Counted from the stretch's first letter, positions 48,255 to 58,819 are shown. The stretch is DNA of 64,000 nucleotides from Candidatus Eiseniibacteriota bacterium (GCA_038231135.1 JBBRLX010000003.1:64001-128000), one strand, 5' to 3'. Translations and numbers: made by a program. The notes: generated by a model from the letters alone, not told the origin.

Positions 48255-49064
48255 ATGGGAGGAGTCCTCCCACCCGCGGAGCGCCACAGCAGCGCTCTGA
48301 TGGGCCTGTACGCGACGCTCTCGCTGCTGCTGCTGATCATGGGCGACCACATTCCCGTCGGCGCCCTGCGCGGCATCGGCGCCTGGATGTTCTCCCCGTT
48401 CGACCGCGTGGTGCTCACCGCGGATCGCATCGCGGCGGCCTGGCGCGAGAATTCGTTGCTGCACCTCCAGATCACCCGGCTCGAGCTCGAGAACGAGCGG
48501 CTGCACGTCGCCGGACTCGAGAACGAGAGTCTGCGCCACATGCTCCAGCTGCCGCCGTGGCGCGGGATGCCGCTCAAGCCCGCCGAAGTGCTGGCGCTCG
48601 GCGGCGAATCGCTGCCGTCGTCGGCCACGCTCAGCGCGGGCACCCGCCAGGGCGTCAAGGAGGGCGACGTGGTGGTCACCGAGTCCGGGCTGCTCGGCCG
48701 CGTGGGCGAGGTGTGGCCGACGCTGTCGCGCGCGGTGCTGCTCACGGACGCCAATTCGGCGGTCGCCTGCGAGGTCGAGAGCACGAGCGTGCTCGGCGTG
48801 CTGCGGTTCATGACGCTGCCGCACCCCCATCTCGAGCTGACCGGCGTGCCGCTGTCCGACACGCTGCGGGTGGGACAGCGCGTGATCACGTCCGGCATGT
48901 CGCGCCACTATCCGCGCGGCATCATGGTCGGCTCGATCCACAGGATCGGGCGCGACTCCGGCGGGCTGACCCAGACGATCGAGGTCGCGCCGGCCGCGAT
49001 GTTGTCGCGGCTGCGCCATGTGTTCGTGATGACCCCGCCCACGCTGCCCGAGGACAAGCCATGA
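48255..49064 (+). CDS. mreC: Rod shape-determining protein MreC
   Basis: TM, coiled coil, GLLGRV, VITSG..YPRGI; operon position. Confidence 0.9.
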   Translation: MGGVLPPAERHSSALMGLYATLSLLLLIMGDHIPVGALRGIGAWMFSPFDRVVLTADRIAAAWRENSLLHLQITRLELENERLHVAGLENESLRHMLQLPPWRGMPLKPAEVLALGGESLPSSATLSAGTRQGVKEGDVVVTESGLLGRVGEVWPTLSRAVLLTDANSAVACEVESTSVLGVLRFMTLPHPHLELTGVPLSDTLRVGQRVITSGMSRHYPRGIMVGSIHRIGRDSGGLTQTIEVAPAAMLSRLRHVFVMTPPTLPEDKP

Positions 49065-49573
49065 GAGCGTGGATCGTGCTGCTGTCGTTCGCGGGCGTCG
49101 TGCTGCTGCTACGGTCGACCGCGCTCACCTCGCTCGCCGCCCGCGGCGTGGTGGTGGACGTGCTCGCGTTCGCGACGGTGGTATGGGCGCTGCGTCACGG
49201 CGCCTCGTGGGGGGCCTCGTTCGGCTTCGCGCTCGGCCTCGCCGCCGATCTCGACGCGGCGCACTGGCTCGGCCGCCATGCGCTCGCGCTCGCGCTGATC
49301 GGTTACGCGATCGGCCGGCTGTCCCGCACGCTGGTGCGCGACAGCGTGCGCACCCAGTTCGTGCTGGTGCTCATCGCCACCGTGCTGCACCAGACGTGGT
49401 CGGTTGCGTTCGAGATCGGGGCCGTGGAAGGATGGTCGTACCTCGCGCAGCGCGTGCTGCTCGCCGCCCTGGTGACTCCGCCCCTGGGGGTGCTCCTGCT
49501 CGTGATCCTGCGCCACGGAACTGGTCAGCCATTGTTCGGTCATGTCGCTGTCGACGCGCGCCCGGCACCTTAG
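49061..49573 (+). CDS. mreD: Rod shape-determining protein MreD
   Basis: Hydrophobic; GFALGLAAD; lies between mreC and mrdA. Confidence 0.88.
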   Translation: MRAWIVLLSFAGVVLLLRSTALTSLAARGVVVDVLAFATVVWALRHGASWGASFGFALGLAADLDAAHWLGRHALALALIGYAIGRLSRTLVRDSVRTQFVLVLIATVLHQTWSVAFEIGAVEGWSYLAQRVLLAALVTPPLGVLLLVILRHGTGQPLFGHVAVDARPAP

Positions 49574-51422
49574 GCAGGGGCGCGCGTCGGTGCTGACCGG
49601 CGCGGTGCTCGCCGGCTTCGGCATCGTCACCGTGGGACTGATCCGGCTGCAGGTCACGTTCCACGACATGTACGTGGACCTGTCGAAGGAAAACCACGTG
49701 CGGCTCGAGCTGATCCGCGCCCCGCGCGGCTCGATCTACGACCGCCACGGCGTGCTGCTCGCCGACAGCGCACCCAGCTTCTCGATCGCGTTCCGGCCGT
49801 TCCCGGCCGAGAGCGCAGCGGTGACGCGGCTGACGACGGCACCCGGGTGGGTCGAGCGCGTGGCGAAGCTGATCGAGGCCGACACCACCGACGTCCGGCG
49901 CGCGGTGGCGCAGTCGAACCGCACCGGCCAGACCTCCGTGCTGCGCCGCAACGCGCCGTTCGCGGTGCGGGCCGCGATCGAGGAGACCCGCGGTGAACTG
50001 CCCGGGCTCGAGGTGCAGGTCGAGCCGCTGCGGCGCTACTCGCACGGCGCGCTCGCGGCCCACCTGCTGGGCTACGCCGGCGAGATCAACGAGCAGGAGC
50101 TGACCGAGCGCGCCGCCGAGGGCTACAGGTCCGGCGACCTGATCGGACGCAGCGGGATCGAGAAGGCCTACGAGGACATCCTGCGCGGCCAGGACGGCGC
50201 CGAGTTCGTGGTGGTGAACGCGATGGGCCGCCGGGTGTCGACGCTGAGCGAGGGTCCGCCGCGGCTGCCGATCCCGGGGCACGACCTGGTGCTGTCGCTG
50301 GACCTCAAGGTGCAGTCCGCGCTCGAGGATGCGATGGCGAACGTCGATCGCGGCGCCGCCGTGGCGATCGATCCGCGCGACGGCGGCGTCCTCGGCCTCG
50401 TGAGCCGGCCGAACTACGACCCCAACGAATTCTCGGTGGGACTGTCGACCGAGCGCTGGCGCGAGCTGTCGGAGGGCGGCGCGAACCCGCTGATCAACCG
50501 CGCGATCCAGGGCGTCTACCCGCCGGGCTCGACGTTCAAGGTCGTGACCATGCTGGCGGCGCTGCACAACGACGTCGCGCGCCCGGACACCCGGCTGGCC
50601 CCGTGCAGCGGCCGGTACGCGTTCGGCGGCCGCGTGTTCGGCTGCTGGAAGCACGACGGCCACGGCTCGCTCGACTTCATCGGGGCGCTGATCAACTCCT
50701 GCGACGTGTATTTCTATCAGATCGGGACGCGGCTGGGACTGCCGCACCTCGAGGAGGCGGCCCGCGAATTCGGATTCGGCGCGCGCACCGGCATCGATCT
50801 GCCGCAGGAGAAGAAGGGCCTGGTGCCGAGCCCCGCGTGGTACGACGCGCGCTGGGGGGCGGGCCGCTGGCGCAAGGGCATGATGCTCAACCTCGCGATT
50901 GGGCAGGGCGAGCTGCTGGTGACGCCGCTGCAGCTCGGGCTGATGATCGCGGAAGTCGCCATGGGGGGCAGGGCGCTGCGTCCCCACGTGGTGCGCAGCA
51001 TCCAGGGCGTGCCCGACTTCGCACCGGCCCGCCCGCCGCGCGAGCGCGTGGGCGGACGCCCGGAGGACTGGCAGGCAGTCCAGACCGCGCTCGAGGGCGT
51101 CGTGACGAGCGGCACCGCGAAGACCGCGCAGGTGGAGGGCATCCGCGTGGCGGGCAAGACCGGCACCGCCCAGAACCCGCACGGCCGGGATCACGCGCTG
51201 TTCGCCTGCTACGCGCCGGTCGACCATCCGCAGATCGCGCTGGCGTTCGTGATCGAGAACTCGGGCCACGGCGGCACTGTCGCCGGTCCGATGGCGAGCG
51301 ACGTGATCGCGCGCGCGCTGCTGCCCGATTCGGTGTACGCGCTGCGCCGCATGCGGATGCCGGCCGTGCTGCGCGCGCGGCCGCTCAAGCCCGACACCGT
51401 GGAGGTGCCGTATGGCGACTAG
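49542..51422 (+). CDS. mrdA: Penicillin-binding protein 2
   Basis: APRGSIYDR; PGSTFK, SCD and KTGT motifs. Confidence 0.95.
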   Translation: MSLSTRARHLRQGRASVLTGAVLAGFGIVTVGLIRLQVTFHDMYVDLSKENHVRLELIRAPRGSIYDRHGVLLADSAPSFSIAFRPFPAESAAVTRLTTAPGWVERVAKLIEADTTDVRRAVAQSNRTGQTSVLRRNAPFAVRAAIEETRGELPGLEVQVEPLRRYSHGALAAHLLGYAGEINEQELTERAAEGYRSGDLIGRSGIEKAYEDILRGQDGAEFVVVNAMGRRVSTLSEGPPRLPIPGHDLVLSLDLKVQSALEDAMANVDRGAAVAIDPRDGGVLGLVSRPNYDPNEFSVGLSTERWRELSEGGANPLINRAIQGVYPPGSTFKVVTMLAALHNDVARPDTRLAPCSGRYAFGGRVFGCWKHDGHGSLDFIGALINSCDVYFYQIGTRLGLPHLEEAAREFGFGARTGIDLPQEKKGLVPSPAWYDARWGAGRWRKGMMLNLAIGQGELLVTPLQLGLMIAEVAMGGRALRPHVVRSIQGVPDFAPARPPRERVGGRPEDWQAVQTALEGVVTSGTAKTAQVEGIRVAGKTGTAQNPHGRDHALFACYAPVDHPQIALAFVIENSGHGGTVAGPMASDVIARALLPDSVYALRRMRMPAVLRARPLKPDTVEVPYGD

Positions 51423-52647
51423 GCCGTTGCGACTGCCGTTCCGGGTGCCGGAACTCGACTGGCCGCTCGCTGGCGCCGCCTTCGGATTGATCGTGATGGG
51501 GCTCCTGACCGTGTACAGCGCGACGTCGATGCCGGGCGTCCACGAGGGGTTGTGGGTCAAGCAGCTCATGTGGGCGATCGTGGCGATCGGCGCGGCGTGG
51601 CTGGCCGCGGCGCTGCCGTACCGGGTCTACGATTCGCTGTCGTATCCGCTGTACGGCGTGTCGCTGCTGTTCCTGGCGCTCGTGCTGGTGATGGGCTCGA
51701 GCGCGTTCGGGGCCAAGCGCTGGCTCGATCTCGGGCCGCTCAAGTTCCAGCCCTCGGAGCTCGCCAAAATCGCGACCGTGCTCGTGCTGGCGCGCCGGCT
51801 CGACAATCCCAAGCTCGACCTGCGCCGCATGCGCGACTGGCTGCCGCCGATGCTGTTCACGCTGGTGCCGTTCCTGCTCGTGGCGAAGGAGCCCGACCTC
51901 GGCACCTCGCTGTCGTTCCCGATCATCCTGATCGCGATGTACTTCTGGGCGGGAATGCCGTGGCCGCAACTCGCGCTCGGGCTGTCGCCGGTCGTGAACA
52001 TCGGGATGTTCGTGCTCACGGGCTCGGTGTGGTGGTTCGCGATCGTGCTCGCCGCAATGCTGGCCTGGTTCCGGCCTCGGCTCCCGGCGCTGATCGCGCT
52101 GCTGCTGCTGAACGGCGCCCTGGGCTATGCGCTGCCGCACCTGTGGAACGGCATGCACGACTACCAGAAGCGCCGGATCCAGACGTTCCTGAACCCGGGC
52201 GATGATCCCTACGGCTCCGGCTACCAGATCATCCAGTCCAAGATCGCGATCGGGTCCGGCGGCGTCACCGGCAAGGGCTACCTCAAGGGCACCCAGAAGG
52301 CGCTCGCGTTCCTGCCGATGCGTCACACCGATTTCATCTACTCGGTCGTGGGCGAGGAGCTGGGTTTGATCGGCGCGATGGTGGTGGTGATACTGTATGC
52401 CTTGCTGATCCTGAGGGGGTACGCGCTCGCGCACTCGACGCGCAACGGATTCGCGAGCCTGATGGTGGTGGGACTCGTGACGGCGTTGTTCTATCACATC
52501 ATGGTGAACATGCTGATGACGATCGGGTGGGCCCCCGTGACCGGCCTGCCGCTGCCGCTCATGTCCTACGGGGGCACCGCGCTGATCGTGAACGGCATCC
52601 AGATCGGCCTGATCCAGAACGTGGCGCTGCGCCGCCACGAATTCTGA
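51412..52647 (+). CDS. rodA: Rod shape-determining protein RodA
   Basis: FQPSELAK; EPDLGT; HTDFIYS..GEE; PVTGLPLPLMSYGG. Confidence 0.95.
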   Translation: MATRPLRLPFRVPELDWPLAGAAFGLIVMGLLTVYSATSMPGVHEGLWVKQLMWAIVAIGAAWLAAALPYRVYDSLSYPLYGVSLLFLALVLVMGSSAFGAKRWLDLGPLKFQPSELAKIATVLVLARRLDNPKLDLRRMRDWLPPMLFTLVPFLLVAKEPDLGTSLSFPIILIAMYFWAGMPWPQLALGLSPVVNIGMFVLTGSVWWFAIVLAAMLAWFRPRLPALIALLLLNGALGYALPHLWNGMHDYQKRRIQTFLNPGDDPYGSGYQIIQSKIAIGSGGVTGKGYLKGTQKALAFLPMRHTDFIYSVVGEELGLIGAMVVVILYALLILRGYALAHSTRNGFASLMVVGLVTALFYHIMVNMLMTIGWAPVTGLPLPLMSYGGTALIVNGIQIGLIQNVALRRHEF

Positions 52648-52656
52648 CGGAGACCC

Positions 52657-53508
52657 ATGTATCCCGACGTGCTGCACTGGGGATTCCTGCACATCCGCTC
52701 CTACGGGCTGATGCTGGCCACCGCATTCCTGGTCGGCACCTGGATCGGCCTAAAGGAGGCGCGCCGCACGGGACTCGACCCGGACCATCTCGTCACGGTG
52801 GTGCTCGTGACGCTGGTCAGCTCGGTGCTCGGCGCCCGCGCGCTGTACGTGATCGAGCACCTCGGCGAATTCCATTCGCAGTGGGGCAGCGTGCTCGCGG
52901 TGTGGCAGGGCGGACTGACGCTCTACGGCGGAGTGGTGGCCGGCTCCGTGGGCGGACTCCTGACCGCGCGGCGGCTGCACATGCCGGTATGGTCCGTCGC
53001 CGACGCACTGGCGCCGGCCACGGCGCTCGGCACCATGTTCGGGCGCATCGGGTGCTTCCTAAACGGCTGCTGCTACGGCCGGCCCACCTCGCTGCCATGG
53101 GGCGTGGTCTACCCGCCGGATTCGTTCCCGGGGCTCGAGTTCGGTGACACTCCGATCCATCCCGCCCAGCTCTACAACGCGCTGTTCGGGCTCGCGCTGT
53201 TCATCGTGTTGTGGAGCGTGCGCAAGCGCGTGCGAGTGCCCGGCCTGCTGTTCTGGTCGTTCGTCGTGGCGTTCTCGCTCGGCCGCATCGGGCTCGATTT
53301 CTTCCGTGCCTACGAGCCCGCCGCGCGTGTGCTGACGTTCGGCACGCTGACGATCACCGAGAGCCAGTTGATGAGCGTGGCGCTCGCGCTGTTCGGAGCG
53401 CTGATGATCGCCCGGCTGCAGCGTGAGGCGAAGGCGTCGGGAATCCAGGCGCCCCCCGCGGCGCCGTCCGCCATCGCACCCGCGCCCCCGGTGTCGGACA
53501 TTCCTTGA
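52657..53508 (+). CDS. lgt: Prolipoprotein diacylglyceryl transferase
   Basis: SYGLM; LGARALY; GRIGCFLNG; HPAQLY. Confidence 0.92.
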   Translation: MYPDVLHWGFLHIRSYGLMLATAFLVGTWIGLKEARRTGLDPDHLVTVVLVTLVSSVLGARALYVIEHLGEFHSQWGSVLAVWQGGLTLYGGVVAGSVGGLLTARRLHMPVWSVADALAPATALGTMFGRIGCFLNGCCYGRPTSLPWGVVYPPDSFPGLEFGDTPIHPAQLYNALFGLALFIVLWSVRKRVRVPGLLFWSFVVAFSLGRIGLDFFRAYEPAARVLTFGTLTITESQLMSVALALFGALMIARLQREAKASGIQAPPAAPSAIAPAPPVSDIP

Positions 53509-54311
53509 CGGGCCGGGTCGGGCTCGCGGTGCTCGGCGACCCGCTCGCATACACGCTGTCCCCCGACCTGCACCGTGCCGGCCTCGCGGCGCTGGGCCTC
53601 CCCGGCGACTCGGCGGCGCTGCGCACCCCGGTCGCGGGGCTCGCGGCGCGGCTGCGCGAGCTGGCAGCGGCGGGGATCGTCGGCGTCAACCTCACGCATC
53701 CGCTCAAACATGCCGTGATCGGCCACCTCGACACGATCGCCGACCGTGCGGCCCGCGCCGGGTCGGTCAACACCGTCCGGTTCGACGGCGACCGGCTCCA
53801 CGGCGACACCACGGACGGGGCCGGCTTCGTGGACTGGTTCGGCGTGCTGGGCCACGGGCTGCGCGGGATGCGCGTCGTGATCATGGGAGCAGGGGGAGCG
53901 GCCCGCAGCCTGGCGCCCGCGCTGCTCGACGCCGGCGCCGAGGTCACGGTGGCGGCGCGCCGCCCCGATCCGGCGGCGTGGGCGCCGCTCGCGCCCGCGC
54001 GGCTGCTCGCCTGGCCGTCGCCCGGGCTCGAGGCCGCGCTCGAGTCCGCCGGCCTGGTCGTGAACGCCACCCCCGAATCCGCAGCCGATCGGCCGGTCGC
54101 GCCCGGCCGGTTGCGGGCCGGCACACGGTTCGCCGACCTCACCTACGGCCCGGGTCCGACGCCCTGGGTGCTCGCCGCGCTCGGCGCGGGCTTCGAGGCC
54201 CACGACGGGCTCGGCATGCTGATCGGTCAGGCCCGCCGGTCGTTCGGCGTGTGGTTCGGCCGCGAGCCCGCATTCGACGGGCTCGGGGCCGCGGTGGGCT
54301 GGCCGCGGTGA
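53505..54311 (+). CDS. aroE: Shikimate dehydrogenase
   Basis: GDPLAYTLSP; NLTHPLK; VNTV..TDG; GAGGAA; DGLGML. Confidence 0.88.
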   Translation: MTGRVGLAVLGDPLAYTLSPDLHRAGLAALGLPGDSAALRTPVAGLAARLRELAAAGIVGVNLTHPLKHAVIGHLDTIADRAARAGSVNTVRFDGDRLHGDTTDGAGFVDWFGVLGHGLRGMRVVIMGAGGAARSLAPALLDAGAEVTVAARRPDPAAWAPLAPARLLAWPSPGLEAALESAGLVVNATPESAADRPVAPGRLRAGTRFADLTYGPGPTPWVLAALGAGFEAHDGLGMLIGQARRSFGVWFGREPAFDGLGAAVGWPR

Positions 54312-55063
54312 TCGAGCCGTCCGCCGCCGCCGCACGGCGTGCCGTGCGCGTCGCGCGCCGGGTGTGCCGCGGCGGAGCCGCCGCGGTGCTGCGGAGGTTC
54401 GCCGACTTGCGCGACTTCGTATATTCACACCGGTGTCCCGCCTGTGGCGCGGCCGAGCCCGGCGACCGGGTGCTGTGCCCGGCGTGCTGGGCGCGCGTGC
54501 CGGCGGCCCGCATGGTGCTGTGCTGCCACTGTCTCGGGCGCGACCGCGAGCCGGTGGGCTGCGCGCGGCACCCGGGATTTCGCGTGGGGGTGGCGTGGGT
54601 CTACGATGAGCGGGCGGCCGCGGTGATCGCCGCGTACAAGTATCAAGGCCGCACGGATCTCGCGGCTCCGCTCGCGGCCGAACTGGCGCGCGCGCCGCTG
54701 CCATGGCCGCGTCCTGACCTGGTCACCGAGGCTCCGCTCCATCCGGCGCGGCGCCGCGAGCGGGGCTACGATCAGGCGGAGCTGCTGGCGCAGCGGCTCG
54801 CCGTGGAGCTGGGCGTCCCATGGGTGCCGGGCGCGATCGAGCGCACGCGGCCCACGCGCGCGCAGGCCCGCCTCGGCGCGCGCGGCCGGCGGTCGAATCT
54901 GGCCGGTGCCATGCGCGTGCGGCGGCCGGAGACCCTCGCCGGAAGGAAGGTGCTGCTGGTGGACGACGTGATCACGACCGGGGCGACGCTCGAAGCCTGC
55001 CTCGAGGCGCTCGCCGGCAGCGGCGCGCAGGGCGGAGCCGTGGCCGTGGCGTGGGCCCAGTAG
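54308..55063 (+). CDS. comF: ComF-family protein (zinc ribbon plus PRTase)
   Basis: CPAC..CPAC; RERGYDQA; LLVDDVITTGAT. Confidence 0.9.
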   Translation: MIEPSAAAARRAVRVARRVCRGGAAAVLRRFADLRDFVYSHRCPACGAAEPGDRVLCPACWARVPAARMVLCCHCLGRDREPVGCARHPGFRVGVAWVYDERAAAVIAAYKYQGRTDLAAPLAAELARAPLPWPRPDLVTEAPLHPARRRERGYDQAELLAQRLAVELGVPWVPGAIERTRPTRAQARLGARGRRSNLAGAMRVRRPETLAGRKVLLVDDVITTGATLEACLEALAGSGAQGGAVAVAWAQ

Positions 55064-55064
55064 C

Positions 55065-55742
55065 ATGTCCCACCTGCACATCCCCGACGGAGTGCTGCCG
55101 CTGTGGCTGTGGGGCCCGGGCTGGGGCCTCGCGCTGATCGCGATGCTGGCGCTGTGGCGCGTGCAGCGCGACCGGCCCGGGCAGCGCGTGGCATATGAAG
55201 GGGCGCTGGGGGCGCTGATGCTGGCGGCCATGGCGCTCGAGGTGCCGTTGGGCCCGGTCGAGTACCACCTGACGCTCGCGGGCCCGATCGGCGTGCTGCT
55301 CGGACCCGCGGGTGCGTTCCAGGCGGCGTTCATCGCCAGCGCGCTGCTCGCGTTCATCGGCCACGGCGGCCTCACGCTGATCGGTCTCAACACGCTGCTG
55401 CTCGGCACCGCGGCGGCGCTGGCGTCGTTCGCCTACCGGCTGCTCGCCCGCCGGTGGCCGGGCGCCCGGGCGCTCGCCGGCGCGACGTTGGTCGGGCACA
55501 CTGTGTCGGGGACGGCGTGGCTGCTGCTGGTGCTGGCGGCCGCGCGATTCCGCGTCCACGATCTCGGACTCGAAACGGGTGCCAGGCTCGGCGTGCTCGC
55601 CGGGCTCGCGGTGCCGCTCGATGCGTTCGCGGTGGCGGCGGAGACGGTGGTCGCGTTCGGCATGGGGCAGTTCCTCGCCCGCGTGCGCCCGGACCTGATG
55701 CCCGGCGCCGCCGTCCCCGAGCCCCGGGAGCTCGAGGCATGA
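55065..55742 (+). CDS. cbiM: ECF transporter S component, CbiM/NikM family
   Basis: HIPDG; YHLTLAG; GHGGLT. Confidence 0.85.
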   Translation: MSHLHIPDGVLPLWLWGPGWGLALIAMLALWRVQRDRPGQRVAYEGALGALMLAAMALEVPLGPVEYHLTLAGPIGVLLGPAGAFQAAFIASALLAFIGHGGLTLIGLNTLLLGTAAALASFAYRLLARRWPGARALAGATLVGHTVSGTAWLLLVLAAARFRVHDLGLETGARLGVLAGLAVPLDAFAVAAETVVAFGMGQFLARVRPDLMPGAAVPEPRELEA

Positions 55743-56455
55743 GCGTCATCGGGCGTATCGACCTGCTGGCGAACGCCGGCATCACGCCGTGGCACCGGGC
55801 GAGCGCCATCACGAAGCTGGTGCTGGCGCTGGGTATCGTCGGCGCCGCGGTCGCGACCCGATCGCTCCCGTTGCTCGTCGCGCTGCAACTCGTGGCGTGG
55901 GCGCTGGTGCTGTCGTGCCGCATGCCGTGGCGCGTGGTGGTCGCGGGCGCGAGCTATCCGCTGTTCGTGGCCACGCTGTTCATGGCCGCCACCTGGGGCG
56001 GCGCATGGCGCCCCCAGCTCGCGCTGCTGCTGCGTCCGGTGACGGCGGCGCTCGTGGTGCTGTGGCTCGTCGGCACCACGCCGAGCCCCGATCTGTTCGC
56101 GCCGATCTCGCGGGTGCTGCCCCGGCACCTGGCGGACGGGCTGTTCCTGACCTACCGGGCGCTGTTCGAGCTGCTCGGCCGCATCGAGCGCATGGCGCGC
56201 GCGCTGCGCATGCGCGGCGCCGGCGCCGGTCCGCCGGCGCGGCGGTTCACCACCGCGGGGGAAGGGCTCGCGACGCTGGTGCTCCACGGCTTCGAGCGCA
56301 GCCAGCGCCTGTACGCGGTCATGCTGCTGCGCGGCTACTCCGGCCGCATCTGCGGCTGCCGCCATTGGGCCGAGGTGGGCCGCGACGATCTGTGGGTCGG
56401 TGCCGCGGCCGCGGTCGTGGCGGCGGCGATCGTGGGACTCGGGGGCCGCGCGTGA
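55739..56455 (+). CDS. cbiQ: ECF transporter T component (CbiQ-like)
   Basis: LTYRALF; ALRMRG; AVMLLRGY. Confidence 0.85.
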   Translation: MSVIGRIDLLANAGITPWHRASAITKLVLALGIVGAAVATRSLPLLVALQLVAWALVLSCRMPWRVVVAGASYPLFVATLFMAATWGGAWRPQLALLLRPVTAALVVLWLVGTTPSPDLFAPISRVLPRHLADGLFLTYRALFELLGRIERMARALRMRGAGAGPPARRFTTAGEGLATLVLHGFERSQRLYAVMLLRGYSGRICGCRHWAEVGRDDLWVGAAAAVVAAAIVGLGGRA

Positions 56456-57312
56456 GCGATCCCATCATCCGGGTGTCGTGCGTGCGGCACACCTACCCCG
56501 ATCGCACCCAGGTGCACCTGTGCGGCCTCGACTTCGTGGTGTCGAAGGGCGAGCGTGCCGTGATCCTGGGCCCCAACGGCTGCGGCAAGACCACGCTGCT
56601 CTATCACGTGATGGGGCTGCTCGAGCCGCAGGAGGGCGAGGTGCGGGTGTTCGGTGTGAATCCCGCGCGCAACTACCACCACATCCGCGAGCGCATCGGC
56701 ATCCTGCTCCAGAACGTGGACGAGCAGATCATCGCGCCCACGGTGTGGGACGACGTGTCGTTCTCGCCGCGCAACTACGGGTATCGCGGCGCGGAGCTCG
56801 ACGCCATGGTGCGGCAGGCGCTCGAGCGCGTCGGCATCGCCCACCTGAGCCACAAGGTGTGCCACCACCTGTCGGGCGGCGAGAAGCGCAAGGTGGCGCT
56901 CGCGGGCGCGATCGTGCTCCAGCCGCAGCTGCTGGTGCTCGACGAACCGTTCGAGGGGCTCGACCCCGCGTCGCGCAGCGACCTGCGCGACCTGCTGAAC
57001 CGGCTGCACGCCGAGCAGGGCGTGTCGCTGGTGATGGCGACGCACGACGTCGACGTGGTGCCGGAGATGGCGGACCAGGTGTTCGTGCTGCTGCGCGGCG
57101 GCGAGATCGTGGCGCACGGCAGTCCCGACATGATCTTCCGCGATCCCGGCCTGCTGCGCCGCAGCAACATCCAGCCGCCGGTGCTCGCGGAGTTGTTCCA
57201 GCGGCTCGAGGAGCGCGGCCACGATCTCGGCCGCCCGATGGCGGTGGACGCCGCGGCCGACACGCTCCTGCGCGCGCTGGGCGGCGCGGCCGCGGTGACC
57301 GCGTCCGAATGA
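56452..57312 (+). CDS. cbiO: ECF transporter ATPase (CbiO-like)
   Basis: GPNGCGKTT; QNVDEQI; LSGGEKRK; LDEP. Confidence 0.9.
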   Translation: MSDPIIRVSCVRHTYPDRTQVHLCGLDFVVSKGERAVILGPNGCGKTTLLYHVMGLLEPQEGEVRVFGVNPARNYHHIRERIGILLQNVDEQIIAPTVWDDVSFSPRNYGYRGAELDAMVRQALERVGIAHLSHKVCHHLSGGEKRKVALAGAIVLQPQLLVLDEPFEGLDPASRSDLRDLLNRLHAEQGVSLVMATHDVDVVPEMADQVFVLLRGGEIVAHGSPDMIFRDPGLLRRSNIQPPVLAELFQRLEERGHDLGRPMAVDAAADTLLRALGGAAAVTASE

Positions 57313-58670
57313 CGGGCGACCTGTTCGGCCCCGCGTCCGCGCTGGGGCCGCTGCCGCCGCCCGACGCAAACGCGCCGCTCGCCGAGCGCATGCGCCCGCG
57401 CTCATTCGACGAGCTGGTGGGGCAGGAGCTGCTGTTCGAGCCGGGCGCGCCGCTGGCGCTGATCCGCGACGGCGCCCATCTGTCGTCGCTGATCCTGTGG
57501 GGGCCGCCCGGCACCGGCAAGACCACGCTCGCCCGGCTGATCGCCGTGGTGGCGGGGGTGCCGTTCGTGTCGTTCAGCGCCGTGACGTCCGGCATCAAGG
57601 AGGTGAAGGAGGTCATGCAGCGCGCGGCGCGCGAGCGCCGGACCAGCGGGCGCCCGACGCTGCTGTTCGTCGACGAGATCCACCGGTTCAATCGCGCCCA
57701 GCAGGACGCGTTCCTGTCGCACGTCGAGCACGGCGACATCGTGCTGATCGGCGCCACCACCGAGAATCCGTCGTTCGAGGTGAATTCCGCGCTGCTGTCG
57801 CGCGCGCGCGTGGTGGTGCTGCGCGAACTCGAGCCGGGGGACGTTCGTCGCATCCTCGAGCGCGCGCTCGAGGATCCCGCGCACGGCGTGCGCCCGCGTG
57901 TGACCGCGGACCCCGATGCGCTCGACTCGCTGTCCCAGGCGGCGGACGGCGACGCGCGGCGCGGGCTCACCACGCTCGAGATCGCGGCCGCCGCCGCGGG
58001 CGCCGGCGGCCGCATCACGGTCGAGCACGTGCGCCAGGCGCTGGCGCGGCGCCACCTGCGCTACGATCGCGCGGGCGACCAGCACTTCAACCTGATCTCG
58101 GCGCTCCACAAGTCGCTGCGCGATTCGGATCCGCACGCCGGCCTCTACTGGATCGCGCGGATGCTCGCGGCCGGAGAGGACCCGCTGTACGTGGCCCGGC
58201 GGCTGGTGCGGTTCGCGAGCGAGGATGTCGGGAACGCCGATCCGCAGGCGCTGCCGCTCGCGGTCGCCGCGTTCGAGGCCTACCACCAGCTCGGCACGCC
58301 GGAGGGCGAGCTGGCGCTGGCCCAGTGCGCCGTGTACCTCGCGACCGCCCCCAAGAGCAACGCCGTCTACCGGGGCTTCGGCGCGGCCCGCGAGGAGGTC
58401 GAGCGCAGCGGCAGCCTGCCGCCGCCGGCGGTCATCCTGAACGCGCCGACCGGGTTGATGAAGCAACTGGGGTATGGAGCGGGCTACCGCTACGCCCACG
58501 ACGAGCCCGGCCGGATCGCCGCCCAGCAGCACCTTCCGGATGAGCTCGAGGGCCGCCGGTTCTACGACCCGACGGACCAGGGGCACGAGGCCGAGATCTC
58601 CCGGCGCATGGCCGCCTGGGAACGTCTGATTCAGGGCCCTGAGACCGGCGGTCCGGCCGGGACTCCGTAG
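57309..58670 (+). CDS. rarA: Replication-associated recombination protein A (RarA/MgsA)
   Basis: PLAERMRP; WGPPGTGKTT; DEIHRF; ISALHKS; ASEDVG. Confidence 0.95.
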   Translation: MTGDLFGPASALGPLPPPDANAPLAERMRPRSFDELVGQELLFEPGAPLALIRDGAHLSSLILWGPPGTGKTTLARLIAVVAGVPFVSFSAVTSGIKEVKEVMQRAARERRTSGRPTLLFVDEIHRFNRAQQDAFLSHVEHGDIVLIGATTENPSFEVNSALLSRARVVVLRELEPGDVRRILERALEDPAHGVRPRVTADPDALDSLSQAADGDARRGLTTLEIAAAAAGAGGRITVEHVRQALARRHLRYDRAGDQHFNLISALHKSLRDSDPHAGLYWIARMLAAGEDPLYVARRLVRFASEDVGNADPQALPLAVAAFEAYHQLGTPEGELALAQCAVYLATAPKSNAVYRGFGAAREEVERSGSLPPPAVILNAPTGLMKQLGYGAGYRYAHDEPGRIAAQQHLPDELEGRRFYDPTDQGHEAEISRRMAAWERLIQGPETGGPAGTP

Positions 58671-58819
58671 ACTCCGGGACCGGCCACCCCCGCGGTTGGG
58701 TGGGGGGGGCCGTGGTGCCGGGCCGTCGTCGGCGTGGCCCTGCCACGGGTTGCCCCGGTAGGAGTAGGCACGAAGGCCCCCCGGCAACCCCCGAAAAGCC
58801 ATGAAACCGCGGGAGCGAT

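Noticed and set aside
52909..52932. Lgt motif GGLTLYGG with Tyr in place of His
   Set aside because: A common natural variant in Lgt homologs; other motifs are intact.
55710..55742. VPEP near the C-terminus of CbiM as a PEP-CTERM signal
   Set aside because: No following transmembrane helix or basic tail.
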